The notes under the pieces: generated by a model
The model's database searches: none
Seen by the model: the letters and a program-made list of their open reading frames with translations, nothing else
Told to the model about the DNA's origin: nothing
Made by a program: the position numbers and the translations under genes
In this document: one piece after another, positions 49,203 to 60,264 of the stretch
Position numbering within the stretch: position 1 is the stretch's first letter
Layout: every line of letters begins with the position of its first letter
DNA from: Dehalococcoidia bacterium
Lineage (GTDB): Bacteria; Chloroflexota; Dehalococcoidia; Lucifugimonadales; UBA1127
Direction: 5' to 3'
Assembly: GCA_965249315.1 (NCBI GenBank)
Contig: OZ252225.1
Coordinates: 864,508 to 928,507, forward strand
Length of the DNA stretch: 64,000 nt

Positions 49203-50630
49203 CTACGCCCCTTCGGCATAAGCGCGTAGGAGGTGGATGTGGGACAGCTCGCACTCCACCAGCCCGCCCACGGTCTCCGTGCCGTCGATGACCAGGTGCT
49301 CGTTGGCGCCGCCTCCAGCGCCGCCGCCGAGCCCGACGCTGCGTATCACGGGCAGCCCCAGGTCGGTGGCGTAGATCGACCAAGGGCCGCCGCCCCCGCT
49401 GCCGGGCACGGTGACCACGGGCACATCCATCTCCTGGAAGGCGCGGCGGACGGACCGCACCAGCTCCGAGTCCGGGTCCGTGGTGGAGGGGTCGTAGGCG
49501 CCCATGGCCGTGAACTCCACGTCCTGGTAGCCCTGCGCGTCAAGGTGCTCTCGAATGCGCCGGATCGCCTCCTGCACCTTGTAGCCGCGGGGCACCCGGA
49601 TGTCGAAGAGGGCCGAGGCCTCGTTGGGGAGGCTGAAGGGCAGCGTGCCTGGGCCGGTGAAGCCGCTGCGAAGGCCGTTGATGTTGAGGCTGGGGCCGTA
49701 GAAGAAGTTCATGACCGTCTCTTCGTCGCCCAGGTCCCCGAGGGGGGCCGGCGCTGCCGCCACGCCTGGGAGCACCTGGTTCCACGGCCCGGGTGACGGG
49801 AAGGCGGCCCGTCGCTCCTCCTCCGTGGGAGGCACCACGTCGTCGTAGTAGCCGGGCACGGCGATGCGACCCCCGCCCGGCTCCATGAGGGACGCCAGCG
49901 CATGGACCAGCCGCCACGCGGGGCTGTCCACGACGGACGCGGTCATGCCGTGTAGGGGCGCGGCCTGCGGCCCTCTGCCCCATCGTGCGCCGGTGGCCAC
50001 CATCTCAGCGTAGATCATCCCCTTGTAGCCCAGGGTCAGCGTAACTCGCCCCGCAGCGTCCTGGTTCGCGCCGGGGCTGAGGCTGGCCGTCGCCGTGGCG
50101 AGGCGGTCCCGGTACTTCGCGTACATGCCCCGGAAGTTGGGGCTGCCCAGGATCTCGTCGCCTTCTAGGAGCGTCAGCACGTTCACCGGAAGGGTCCCCT
50201 CAACTGCGAGGAGCGCCTCAAGGGCGTTCAGCCAGGCGACGTACCCGCCCTTGCTCATCGCGCCCCGGCCCATGACGACCTGGCCGTAGGGGCCCGCCGA
50301 CGTCAGCGCACCGGAGTAGGGCGGATGCTCCCACGTCTCGTTGGGCAGCACCGGGCGCGTGTCGAAGTTGTTGTAGACGATGATGGTCTTGGGCGCCCCT
50401 GCATCGTAGGCGGCCCACAGGCCGGGCAGGCCGTCGGTGGTGACCACCTCCGCCTCCTGGAACCCCGCCTCGCGGTGGAACTCCACGAGCAGGTCGGCAC
50501 ACTCAACCACGCCCAGGTCCTCCGATGAGACGCTGGGCTGCTGCACCGCCCGCTGGATGCGGGCCACGTGGCGCGCTTTGTTGTCCTCTAGGTAGGCCCG
50601 GACCTTCTCCAATCCCATTCCAACGCGCAT
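49203..50630 (-). CDS. M20-family metallopeptidase (dipeptidase/ArgE/DapE-like)
   Basis: LLEGDEILGSP (the GxEExGS-type block) and M20 dimerisation-domain length. A strong TAGGAGG SD lies 6 nt before ATG 50630. Confidence 0.8.
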   Translation of the reverse strand: MRVGMGLEKVRAYLEDNKARHVARIQRAVQQPSVSSEDLGVVECADLLVEFHREAGFQEAEVVTTDGLPGLWAAYDAGAPKTIIVYNNFDTRPVLPNETWEHPPYSGALTSAGPYGQVVMGRGAMSKGGYVAWLNALEALLAVEGTLPVNVLTLLEGDEILGSPNFRGMYAKYRDRLATATASLSPGANQDAAGRVTLTLGYKGMIYAEMVATGARWGRGPQAAPLHGMTASVVDSPAWRLVHALASLMEPGGGRIAVPGYYDDVVPPTEEERRAAFPSPGPWNQVLPGVAAAPAPLGDLGDEETVMNFFYGPSLNINGLRSGFTGPGTLPFSLPNEASALFDIRVPRGYKVQEAIRRIREHLDAQGYQDVEFTAMGAYDPSTTDPDSELVRSVRRAFQEMDVPVVTVPGSGGGGPWSIYATDLGLPVIRSVGLGGGAGGGANEHLVIDGTETVGGLVECELSHIHLLRAYAEGA

Positions 50631-50648
50631 GTTTACCTCCTAAAACTT

Positions 50649-51905
50649 CTAGAGTACCGGCGGCGGAATCAGGGCGCCCTTCTGCATCACCAGCCGCATG
50701 GAGCGCAGGGCGCGGATGTCCTCGTGAGGGTCGCTGTCCACGACGATGAGGTCCGCCTCCTTGCCCGGCTCGACGGTGCCCACCAGGTGGTCCAGGCCGA
50801 CGGCGCGCGCCGCCACGGACGTTGCGGAGCGGACCACGTCGGCGGGGCTCATGCCCGCCTGGACCTGCAGCTCCAGACCGAGGCAGTAGTCCCCGAAGGT
50901 CTGGATGGCGTCGGTGCCCGCAACGATGGGGACGTTCCACTCCGACCAGAGCCTGCCGACGAACTCCACCTGGGACTCGCACTTGGCGTGGACGGACTCC
51001 AGGCGCCGCTCTTGCGCCGGGGTCAGGGCCTGCCCCTGCTCGCGCAAGGCCAGCAGCTTCTCTCGGCCGCGATAGCCCGTCTGCACCGTTGGGCTGATCA
51101 TAACGCCCTGCTGGGCTATGCGCTCGGCGACGCGCGGGTCGAAGAGATAGGAGCCGTCCGGCTCGATGAAGCCCGCGTGCTCGATGGCGTCGACGCCTGC
51201 GTCAAGGGCGTTGACGATGCTCTGGGTGGCCAGGCAGTGGGCGGTGGTGAGCTTGCCCAGGCCGTGGGCTTCGTCGATGATGGCCCGCAGCTCGTCCACG
51301 CTGTAGGAGGGCAGGCGGTTGTCGGTGCCGGCGGTGCCACCGCCGGAGGCCATGATCTTGATGAAGTCGGCTCCGTCACGGACGAGCTCCCGCACGGCCT
51401 TCCGCACGCCCTCCACGCCGTCCGCCTCCTGATTGCACCACCAGAAGTGGCCCCCGGTCATCGTCACCGGGCGGCCGCTGAGGAGCAGACGTGGGGCCAG
51501 CACGAGGCCCTGCCGAGCGCCGCGACGGAGGTCGAAGGTGACCTGGTTGCGAGCGCCGCAGTCCCGCAGGGCCGTGACCCCGACGCTCAGGTGGACGTGC
51601 GCGTTGCGGGCGGCGCGCAGCAGCATCACCTCGTCGGAGTCGTTCTCGATGACCTGCTCGTAGCTGCGCTCGCCGGCACCGAACATGAGGTGCGTGTGCG
51701 CGTCGATGAGGCCGGGCAGCAGGTAGCCGTCGCGACAGTCCAGCTCCCGCACGTCGGGCCCCCGTGGCACGTCGACGGCCTGCTCCGGGCCTGCGGCTAC
51801 GATGCGATCGCCCTGGACGACGACGACGGCGTTGGGGACAGGTGCGGCCTCGGTGCCGTCCAGGAGGGCTTTGGCCCGTATGACTGTGGTCTGCTCGTTG
51901 CTCAT
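50649..51905 (-). CDS. Amidohydrolase-family metal-dependent hydrolase (imidazolonepropionase/Xaa-Pro dipeptidase-like)
   Basis: GYLLPGLIDAHTHL (HxH), TTAHC and AIEHAGF. ATG 51905 follows GAAGGGGG. Confidence 0.8.
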   Translation of the reverse strand: MSNEQTTVIRAKALLDGTEAAPVPNAVVVVQGDRIVAAGPEQAVDVPRGPDVRELDCRDGYLLPGLIDAHTHLMFGAGERSYEQVIENDSDEVMLLRAARNAHVHLSVGVTALRDCGARNQVTFDLRRGARQGLVLAPRLLLSGRPVTMTGGHFWWCNQEADGVEGVRKAVRELVRDGADFIKIMASGGGTAGTDNRLPSYSVDELRAIIDEAHGLGKLTTAHCLATQSIVNALDAGVDAIEHAGFIEPDGSYLFDPRVAERIAQQGVMISPTVQTGYRGREKLLALREQGQALTPAQERRLESVHAKCESQVEFVGRLWSEWNVPIVAGTDAIQTFGDYCLGLELQVQAGMSPADVVRSATSVAARAVGLDHLVGTVEPGKEADLIVVDSDPHEDIRALRSMRLVMQKGALIPPPVL

Positions 51906-51990
51906 GTCGTCCCCCTTCGTCCTGTGTCGATGGTCTCCCCTACATTGTGTGGGCCCACCCGGCGGCACTGCCGCCTTTGCTTCACGATGA

Positions 51991-53376
51991 TTATAGCCCG
52001 TAGGCCTCCAGGAATCGCAGCCAGAACTCGCTGATGGTGGGGAAGGCGGGAACGGCGTGCCACAGCTGGTCCAGGGTGACCTCCCCGACGATCGCGATGG
52101 TGGCGGCGTGGAGCATCTCCCCCGCGCCGGGGCCGACGAACGTGGCCCCTACGATGACCCGCCTGTCCTCGTCGATGACGAGCTGGCAGTTGCCGCGAAC
52201 GCCCTCCCCCGTGGTCACCGCGCCGCCGCTCGCGCCAAAGGGGTGAGCGACGGCACGCACGCGCACGCCCCGGTCCCGGGCCTGCTGCTCGGTGAGGCCC
52301 ACCGCGGCGACCTGGGGGTCCGTGAAAACCACTCGGGGCGCGCCCGCGTTATCGGCCCAGGCGGCAACGTCCTTGCCGAGAATGACGTCGCCGGCAAGGC
52401 GGGCCTGGTACTTGCCCATGTGGGTCAGCGGGTTGCGCCCGTTGACATCGCCGACGGCGTAGAGCCAGCCGCCAGGGACGTCCACGGCCCGGAGCTGGTC
52501 GTCGACGCGGACCGGCCTACCGGGCTCCAGCCCCACGGTCTCCACGCCCACGTCCACGGTGCCGGGCCTGCGTCCAACCGCCACCAGAAGCTCCTGGGCG
52601 GTCAGGTCCGTCCCGTCCGCCAGGGTGGCCGTGACGTGGCCGTTGCGCTGCACGCTGACCATGGTGGTCCCCGTGTAGATGCGGATACCCAGCTTTCCGA
52701 AGGCGTCGGCCACGAGGCGGCTGGCGAAAGGCTCCTCCCTGGGGATGAGGCGGTCGCCGGACACGACGACCGTCACCTCCTCAGCGCCCAGGGTCCGCCA
52801 CGCCTGGGCCATCTCGACCCCCACGGGGCCACCACCGAGTACGAGCAGGCTCTGCGGGACCTCCTTCGCGGCAGTGGCCTTGCGGCTGTCCCAGGGCGCC
52901 GCGTCCTGCAGGCCGTCGATGGGGGGCATGGCCGCTGTGCTCCCGGTTGCCAGGACGACGGCGACGCGAGCGCTGAGCGTCCGACGGACGCCATCGCTAC
53001 CCTCCACCTCCACGCTTCGCTCCCCGGTCAGTCTGCCGCGCCCGCGAATCAGGTCAACGTTCACCGATTCGAGCCACTTGACCTGTCCCGTGTCGTCGTA
53101 GTTGCTGGCCGCGGCGTCCCGGCGCTTCAGCGTCTCCTGCGCGTCGACGCCGCCGGTAACGGCGGAGCGAGCGCCGGGCACGCGGTTGACGGCGGCCAGC
53201 ACCTCGCCGGGCCGCAACAGGGCCTTGCTGGGCATGCAGGCCCAGTAGGAGCACTCGCCACCGACGAGCTCCGGCTCGACGACGACCGCGCTCATACCGC
53301 CTGCGGAGACCCGCCCGGCCACGTTCTCCCCGGCCGAGCCGCCTCCAAGGACGACGACGTCGTACTCATCCTGCAT
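51991..53376 (-). CDS. Class I pyridine nucleotide-disulfide oxidoreductase (dihydrolipoyl dehydrogenase/mycothione reductase-like)
   Basis: YDVVVLGGGSAGE (FAD), the redox disulfide GGECSYWACMPSK, a second Rossmann motif LLVLGGGPVGVE, and the C-terminal HAVPAFPTISE (His-Glu pair). Confidence 0.8.
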   Translation of the reverse strand: MQDEYDVVVLGGGSAGENVAGRVSAGGMSAVVVEPELVGGECSYWACMPSKALLRPGEVLAAVNRVPGARSAVTGGVDAQETLKRRDAAASNYDDTGQVKWLESVNVDLIRGRGRLTGERSVEVEGSDGVRRTLSARVAVVLATGSTAAMPPIDGLQDAAPWDSRKATAAKEVPQSLLVLGGGPVGVEMAQAWRTLGAEEVTVVVSGDRLIPREEPFASRLVADAFGKLGIRIYTGTTMVSVQRNGHVTATLADGTDLTAQELLVAVGRRPGTVDVGVETVGLEPGRPVRVDDQLRAVDVPGGWLYAVGDVNGRNPLTHMGKYQARLAGDVILGKDVAAWADNAGAPRVVFTDPQVAAVGLTEQQARDRGVRVRAVAHPFGASGGAVTTGEGVRGNCQLVIDEDRRVIVGATFVGPGAGEMLHAATIAIVGEVTLDQLWHAVPAFPTISEFWLRFLEAYGL

Positions 53377-53436
53377 AGCGCCTCCACAGTGCTGGCTGGC
53401 TTCGTCCTGCGTAGTTGTAGGGCGGTGAACCGAGCC

Positions 53437-55188
<1,752 letters not shown>

Positions 55189-55298
55189 GCTCCCCTCCTC
55201 CGACCCGGTGGTATCGCAGGACAATCGCCGGGCACCCTAAATCTACTTGGGCACGCGGTGGGCGTCAACCGGACGCATGCGAGCAGAGGCAGCGTTCC

Positions 55299-55327
55299 TA
55301 GACAAGGTGCGACAGACCCGGTATTAT
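55299..55327 (+). promoter_or_regulatory. Sigma70-type promoter for the 146-aa hypothetical gene (TAGACA-N17-TATTAT)
   Basis: ttccTAGACAaggtgcgacagacccggTATTATgccgcc, about 78 nt upstream of ATG 55405. The leader contains an 8-bp stem, GGGCCCTG-N12-CAGGGCCC (55349-55376). Confidence 0.45.
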
Positions 55328-55404
55328 GCCGCCATACGAGAGCCATAGGGCCCTGATTCGAGTCTCGCAGGGCCCGGGACGCCACTCTTCAGGGAGGGAC
55401 TGGG

Positions 55405-55845
55405 ATGACCGAAGAAGCCACCAAACCCACCGGCTACAGCGGCCACGCCTACTTCAGCATCGACGACCTGGCTGCCATGCAGCCCGGCCTCGCTCGCATC
55501 ATGCCCGAGATCGGGCAGCGCTACTGGAAGCTCTACTACGCGGCCAAGGCGAGCAACTGGCCACTGGCCAAGTTCCAGCTCGGGGAGATCGAGGAGCTCA
55601 TGGAGTTCGGCTCGGTCACGCGCCCCAAGTACGCCGAGGGCCTGGAAACCTTCGTCCGGGAGGACCTGGGCACGATGAAGTCCGCCATCGAGAAGAAGGA
55701 CTGGGAGAGCTTCGAATCGGCCTACGATCAGGGCGTCCGCAACGCCAACGACTACCACAAGTCCTTCAAGAAGGGGATGATCGTCTGGAAGCTGCCGGAG
55801 TCCGCGCCGCAGGACCTGGACCTGACGCCCATCGAGGGTGAGTAG
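55405..55845 (+). CDS. Hypothetical protein, 146 aa, predicted soluble and mostly helical
   Basis: A GGAGGG SD lies 8 nt upstream, and codon third positions are strongly G/C like neighbouring genes. I recognise no family (MTEEATKPTGYSGHAYFSIDDLAAMQPGLARIMPEIGQRYWKLYYAAKASNWPLAKFQLGEIEELMEFG...). Confidence 0.5.
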   Translation: MTEEATKPTGYSGHAYFSIDDLAAMQPGLARIMPEIGQRYWKLYYAAKASNWPLAKFQLGEIEELMEFGSVTRPKYAEGLETFVREDLGTMKSAIEKKDWESFESAYDQGVRNANDYHKSFKKGMIVWKLPESAPQDLDLTPIEGE

Positions 55846-55964
55846 GGGCGGCAGACGCCCCCAACCGCTGCGCAGCGGAGCACGAGGGCGCGCGGGCATC
55901 CACCAGAGGCTCTGGTAGGCCCGTTCGCCCTCGCTGTGTTTCCGGGGCTGCGCCCCTACCTCCG

Positions 55965-55983
55965 CCCCCTCTCCTAGAGAGAG
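55965..55983. repeat. Degenerate copy of the CTCTCC/GGAGAG palindromic element
   Basis: The sequence is cCCCCTCTCCtagaGAGAGAGcg. The left arm is intact and the right arm degenerate (a 5-bp stem is possible). It lies in the convergent gap between the hypothetical gene and the permease gene. Confidence 0.35.
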
Positions 55984-56003
55984 CGTGCGCTGACCACGCA
56001 GCC

Positions 56004-56954
56004 CTACGCGCCGCCGCGAAGCCGCGGGTCCAGCAGGTCTCGCAGCGCGTCCCCCAGCAGGTTGACGCCGAACACCGTCGCTGAGAGGGCGATCCCCGGC
56101 GCTAGGGCCATCCACGGCGCGGTCTTGAAGTAGTCTCGCGCGGGGCCCGCGAGCATGCTGCCCCAGGAGGGTGTCGGCTGCTGGACGCCCACCCCCAGGA
56201 AGCTCAGCGACGCCTCGGCGACAATGGCCGCTCCCAGAGCGGCCGTGGAAACGACCAGGAAGGCCGCCACGCACTGCGGGAGCACGTGGAAGAGCAGCAC
56301 CCGCGCCGGTGCACAGCCGACGGCCCGCGCCGCCTCCACGTAGGGGGTGACCGCGACGGCCATCGCCTGGGCCCGGACGACGCGCGCGACCCACGGCATC
56401 TGGGCCACACCCAGGGCCAGGATAACGCTCTCGGCCGACGGGCCCCGGGCGGCGACGATGGCCAGCGCGAGGATGAGGGTGGGAAACGCCAGCAGCGCGT
56501 CCATCAGCCGCTGCAACGTCCCGTCGATGACGCCGCCGCCGTAGTAGCCGCTGACAAGCCCCACACCCGCGCCGACGGAAGCGCCCAGGGCCACGGACAG
56601 GAGCCCCACGGCCAGGGAGAGGCGGGCGCCGTAGGCCACCCGGCTGAAGACGTCCCGCCCCAGGTTGTCCGTCCCCAGGGGATGCTGCAGGCTCGGCGGG
56701 GCCAGGGCCGCGTCGGCGTCGATGGCCCGGGGGTTCGCCGTGACCAGCAGCGGCGCGGCCAGGGCGAGAACCGCAACCAAGAGCAGTAGGCCGCCGCCCA
56801 TCGCCCCCAGGGGCTTCCTTCGCACTGTACGCATCAGCGAGCCGGCGTGCCGGGCGAGGCCCCTCCACGCCACGGCCCGCTGGCCGGCAGCACACGCGGC
56901 CCCGGCCGCGTCACCCGACACGGATGCGTGGGTCCAGCCATGCATACGCGGCAT
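56004..56954 (-). CDS. ABC transporter permease, DppC/OppC-like
   Basis: The N-terminal region ...MRTVRRKPLGAMGGGLLLLVAVLALAAPLL is followed by the BPD-transporter core (ARAVGCAPARVLLFHVLPQCV). High GC3 between 56835 and 56910 favours the long start (56954, a 44-nt overlap). ATG 56834 is the alternative. Confidence 0.8.
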   Translation of the reverse strand: MPRMHGWTHASVSGDAAGAACAAGQRAVAWRGLARHAGSLMRTVRRKPLGAMGGGLLLLVAVLALAAPLLVTANPRAIDADAALAPPSLQHPLGTDNLGRDVFSRVAYGARLSLAVGLLSVALGASVGAGVGLVSGYYGGGVIDGTLQRLMDALLAFPTLILALAIVAARGPSAESVILALGVAQMPWVARVVRAQAMAVAVTPYVEAARAVGCAPARVLLFHVLPQCVAAFLVVSTAALGAAIVAEASLSFLGVGVQQPTPSWGSMLAGPARDYFKTAPWMALAPGIALSATVFGVNLLGDALRDLLDPRLRGGA

Positions 56955-57879
56955 CCACGGTGAGATTGATCAGGAGCACCGCCAGGGTGAACAGGAGCAC
57001 CACCGACTGCACGACCACGTAGTCGCGCTGTCGCACGCCGTCCAGGAGATAGAGGCCCAGGCCCGGCAGGGCGAAGACCTGCTCCATGATGATGGCGCCG
57101 GTGACGAGGGTTGCGAGCAGCAGGCCGACGACGGTGACGACGGGGAGCAGGGCGTTACTCAGCGCGTGACGCCGGACGACAGCCGCCTCCGGGAGGCCCT
57201 TGGCCCGGGCCGTTCGAATGTAGTCCTGGCGCAAAACCTCCAGCAGCGAGGAGCGGGTCATTCGGGCGACGATTGCACCGCCGGAGTAGCCGAGCACAAG
57301 GGCGGGCCACAGGAGCTGCGACAGGTTCGCCAGCGGGTCCTGGAAGAGGCCCACGTACTCGACCGGCGGGGTCCAGGCGAAGAAGAAGAGTCCGGCCAGG
57401 AGCACAAGGGTGGCAAGCCAGAAGTGGGGGAGCGAGATGCCCCCCAGGGCCAGCACCCGGACCACGTAGTCGCCCCAGGTGTCCTGTCGCAGGGCGGAGA
57501 AGAGGCCCGCAGGCAGTCCCACAAGCAGCGCCACTAGGGTGGCCAGAGCCGCCAGCTCCACGGTGACGGGCAGCTTCCGTGCGACGTCGCCCCAGACGTC
57601 GCGTCCCGAGACCAGGGAGCGGCCCATGTCCAGCGTCAGCACGTCGCCCAGCCAGCGTCCGTACTGGAGGGGCCAGGGGGCGTCCAGCCCCAGGGAAGCG
57701 CGAAGTTGGCCCAGCTCTTCCTGGGCTACGCTCGTGGAAGCTTCGCTGGGGCCTCCCCCCACGACCATGAGGATGGCTGCGTCGCCAGGCAGGACCCGCA
57801 GGGCCAGGAACGTCAGCAGGGATACCAGCGCAAGCGTTGGGAGCAGGTGTAGGAGCCGGTGACCGAGGTAGCGCAGCAT
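56911..57879 (-). CDS. ABC transporter permease, DppB/OppB-like
   Basis: MLRYLGHRLLHLLPTLALVSLLTFLALRVLPGD... and YIRTARAKGLPEAAVVRRHALSNALLP. I prefer ATG 57879 (GGAAAGGA upstream); the track start 58077 adds non-coding-looking residues. Confidence 0.85.
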   Translation of the reverse strand: MLRYLGHRLLHLLPTLALVSLLTFLALRVLPGDAAILMVVGGGPSEASTSVAQEELGQLRASLGLDAPWPLQYGRWLGDVLTLDMGRSLVSGRDVWGDVARKLPVTVELAALATLVALLVGLPAGLFSALRQDTWGDYVVRVLALGGISLPHFWLATLVLLAGLFFFAWTPPVEYVGLFQDPLANLSQLLWPALVLGYSGGAIVARMTRSSLLEVLRQDYIRTARAKGLPEAAVVRRHALSNALLPVVTVVGLLLATLVTGAIIMEQVFALPGLGLYLLDGVRQRDYVVVQSVVLLFTLAVLLINLTVDAAYAWLDPRIRVG

Positions 57880-58030
57880 CCCCGTGTTCCTTTCCAGGAT
57901 GGTAGGGGCTATTCTATGGGATGGGCGAGGGAGGGGAAACGGCCAAGCCTTGGTAGTCCCCTCCAGAGGTCTCCCTGGAGAGAGAAGGTTAGAATGAGGA
58001 TCACATCCTGCATCCCCCCGAGGAGGTCCC

Positions 58031-59173
58031 ATGGCATTTGAGTTGGTCTGCACAGCCTGCGGCGCCCGGTACGACAACTCCCGCTATCGTGTCTCTTGCG
58101 AGACCTGCGAAGGGCTGTTGGACGTGGAGTACGACGCGCCGGCCGGCGAGGGCGCCTGGGGCGCGCCGGGCGCTACGGGCCTCGCCCGGTACGCACGCAT
58201 GCTCCCCATCACGTCCGTGTCGGACCTGGTGACGCTGGGCGAGGGAGATACGCCGCTTCTTCGCCTGGAGCGGCTGGGCAGCACGCTGGGCGTGGACCTC
58301 TACGTCAAGCTGGAGTACCTGAACCCCACGGGCTCCTTCAAGGACCGCGGCAACGCCGTCCAGGTCACGGTGCTGCGCGAGACGGGGGTCGACACCGTGG
58401 TGGACTCCACAACGGGGAACGCCGGCCACTCCACCGCCGCCTACTGCGCGCGGGCCGGCATCCGCTACATCGGCTTCTCGGAGAAGGGGGCGCGGGACTT
58501 CAAGCTGCAGGCCGCGGCCTACCACGGAACAGAGCTGCACCCGGTGGGAGGAAGCAAGGACGGCCGGCGCGAGGCGGCCCTGAGGTACAGCCAGGACACG
58601 GGGGTCGTCTTCATGGACTACGGCCGAAACGCCTACTTCATCGAGGGCGAGAAGACGCTGTCCTATGAGATCGCGGAGCAGATGGACCCGCTGCCCGACC
58701 ACGTCGTGGCGGCCTCTGGGAACGGCTCGATTCTCCTGGGGATGTGGCGAGGCTTCCAAGACCTGCGGGAGAGCGGCCGGGTCCAACACCTGCCCCGCTT
58801 CCACGCAGCGCAGTCGGAGGCGTTTCAGCCCATGGTTGCCGCGTACCACGGTCGGGACTGGGCGCCACAGCCCGGCGCCACGAGCGTGGCCATCGGCGTC
58901 ACCATCGCTGCGCCGCCGCGCCTGGACACGGTGGTCCGCATCTGCAGGGAGTCGGGGGGTCTGGCCGTCGCCGTGCCCGACGAGGAGATCCTGGCGTGGC
59001 AGGAGCGCCTGGCTAGCCAGGAAGGCATCCTGGTCGAGGCCACTTCCGCCCTTGGCCTCGGGGCAGTGAAGACCCTGGTCTCCCAGGGCGCAATCGCAGA
59101 GGGAGAGCGGGTGCTGGTGCCCCTCACGGGCTTCGGCATGAAGGAGCCGCTCCCGGTGAGCCTGGAAGGCTGA
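58031..59173 (+). CDS. Threonine-synthase-like PLP enzyme (fold type II) with N-terminal CxxC..CxxC zinc ribbon
   Basis: MAFELVCTACGARYDNSRYRVSCETCEGLLDVEY, the PLP-lysine block LEYLNPTGSFKDRG, and TTGNAGHS, ASGNGS. A GAGGAGG SD lies 5 nt before the ATG. Confidence 0.75.
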   Translation: MAFELVCTACGARYDNSRYRVSCETCEGLLDVEYDAPAGEGAWGAPGATGLARYARMLPITSVSDLVTLGEGDTPLLRLERLGSTLGVDLYVKLEYLNPTGSFKDRGNAVQVTVLRETGVDTVVDSTTGNAGHSTAAYCARAGIRYIGFSEKGARDFKLQAAAYHGTELHPVGGSKDGRREAALRYSQDTGVVFMDYGRNAYFIEGEKTLSYEIAEQMDPLPDHVVAASGNGSILLGMWRGFQDLRESGRVQHLPRFHAAQSEAFQPMVAAYHGRDWAPQPGATSVAIGVTIAAPPRLDTVVRICRESGGLAVAVPDEEILAWQERLASQEGILVEATSALGLGAVKTLVSQGAIAEGERVLVPLTGFGMKEPLPVSLEG

Positions 59174-59181
59174 GGCCGGCG

Positions 59182-60231
59182 ATGCCTACCTTTCCCCATC
59201 GTTTCCTGGAGGGTCTCGCGACCCACGTGCTTCGCGCCGCGGGGGCTTCGGAAGAGGAGGCGCGGCTGGTAGCGGACCGGTGCGTCCAGGCGAACCTGGT
59301 CGGCCACGACTCGCACGGCGTCATCCAGATACCCACCTACGTGGAACGCATCGGGTTGGGGCACATCGTTCCGGGCGCGCCGATGGAGGTGCTGGACGAG
59401 ACGCCGACGACGGCCCGCGTCGACGGCCACTGGGGCTTCGGCTTCGTCGTGTCCACTCGGGCCACGGAGATGGCCATTCGCAAGGCGAAGGAGAGCCGCG
59501 TCGCCGCGATGACCGTCACCCGACAGGGACACGTGGGCCGCCTGGCCGAGTACACGCAGATGGCCGCCCGCGAGGGGATGATGGGGCTGATGACCGCGGA
59601 CTCTGGCCGCGGGCCCAAGAGCGTGGCGCCCTACGGCGGCCGGGTGCCCCGCTTGGGAACCAACCCCCTGTGCATCTCGCTGCCCAGCAACCTCGAGGGC
59701 CCCTTCACCCTCGACATGGCCACCTCCGCCGTGGCCGAAGGCAAGGTCTCGCTGGCTCGGGCCCGCGGAGAGTCGATTCCGCCGGGGTGGGTCGTGGACG
59801 CTGAGGGACGCCCCACCACGGACCCTCACGCGCTCCTGCAGGGCGGCTCGCTGCTCCCCCTGGGCGGCGACCAGGGACACAAGGGGTACGGCCTGGGCGC
59901 CGTAATCGAGGTCCTGTCCGGGGTCCTGACGGGCCTGGGCTTCGGCGTCTCCGACGGGTTCCACAACGACGGCTGCTTCCTGCTGGTGGTGGACGTGAGT
60001 GCCTTCCGGCCCGCGGAGGCGTTCAAGCAAGAGGTGACGGAGTTCGCCGAGTACCTGACGGCCACGCCACCCGCGTCGGGCTTCGGCCGCGTCTACTACC
60101 CTGGCGAGGTGGAGCACCTCACGGCCCAGGAGCGGCGGCGCACCGGCATCACGCTGGAGGAGGGCACGTGGGACCGCCTGCAGGCGCTTGTCCGAGAGTA
60201 CGGACTGGAGGGACAGGTGGGCGAGCCCTAG
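59182..60231 (+). CDS. Ldh_2-family NAD(P)H-dependent oxidoreductase (malate/L-sulfolactate dehydrogenase or cyclic-imine reductase type)
   Basis: ANLVGHDSHGV..., RLGTNPL, DMATSAVAEGK, GGDQGHKGYGL. It starts 8 nt after the ThrC-like stop. Confidence 0.8.
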   Translation: MPTFPHRFLEGLATHVLRAAGASEEEARLVADRCVQANLVGHDSHGVIQIPTYVERIGLGHIVPGAPMEVLDETPTTARVDGHWGFGFVVSTRATEMAIRKAKESRVAAMTVTRQGHVGRLAEYTQMAAREGMMGLMTADSGRGPKSVAPYGGRVPRLGTNPLCISLPSNLEGPFTLDMATSAVAEGKVSLARARGESIPPGWVVDAEGRPTTDPHALLQGGSLLPLGGDQGHKGYGLGAVIEVLSGVLTGLGFGVSDGFHNDGCFLLVVDVSAFRPAEAFKQEVTEFAEYLTATPPASGFGRVYYPGEVEHLTAQERRRTGITLEEGTWDRLQALVREYGLEGQVGEP

Positions 60232-60264
60232 GCAGCCACGCTGCAGACGACAGCGCTTGTTCGG

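Noticed and set aside
55349-55376. tRNA-like fragment suspicion from the TTCGAGTC string (T-loop-like) within GGGCCCTGattcgagtctcgCAGGGCCC.
   Set aside because: No acceptor, D or anticodon arms can be built around it. It is simply an 8-bp hairpin in the leader of the 146-aa gene.
55324-56895. 523-aa minus-strand ORF overlapping the DppC-like permease in another frame and extending across the 55405-55845 gene.
   Set aside because: The product is an Arg/Gly/Pro-rich non-protein-like sequence. The permease frame shows TM segments and the BPD-transporter motif, and the plus-strand 146-aa gene has its own promoter and SD.
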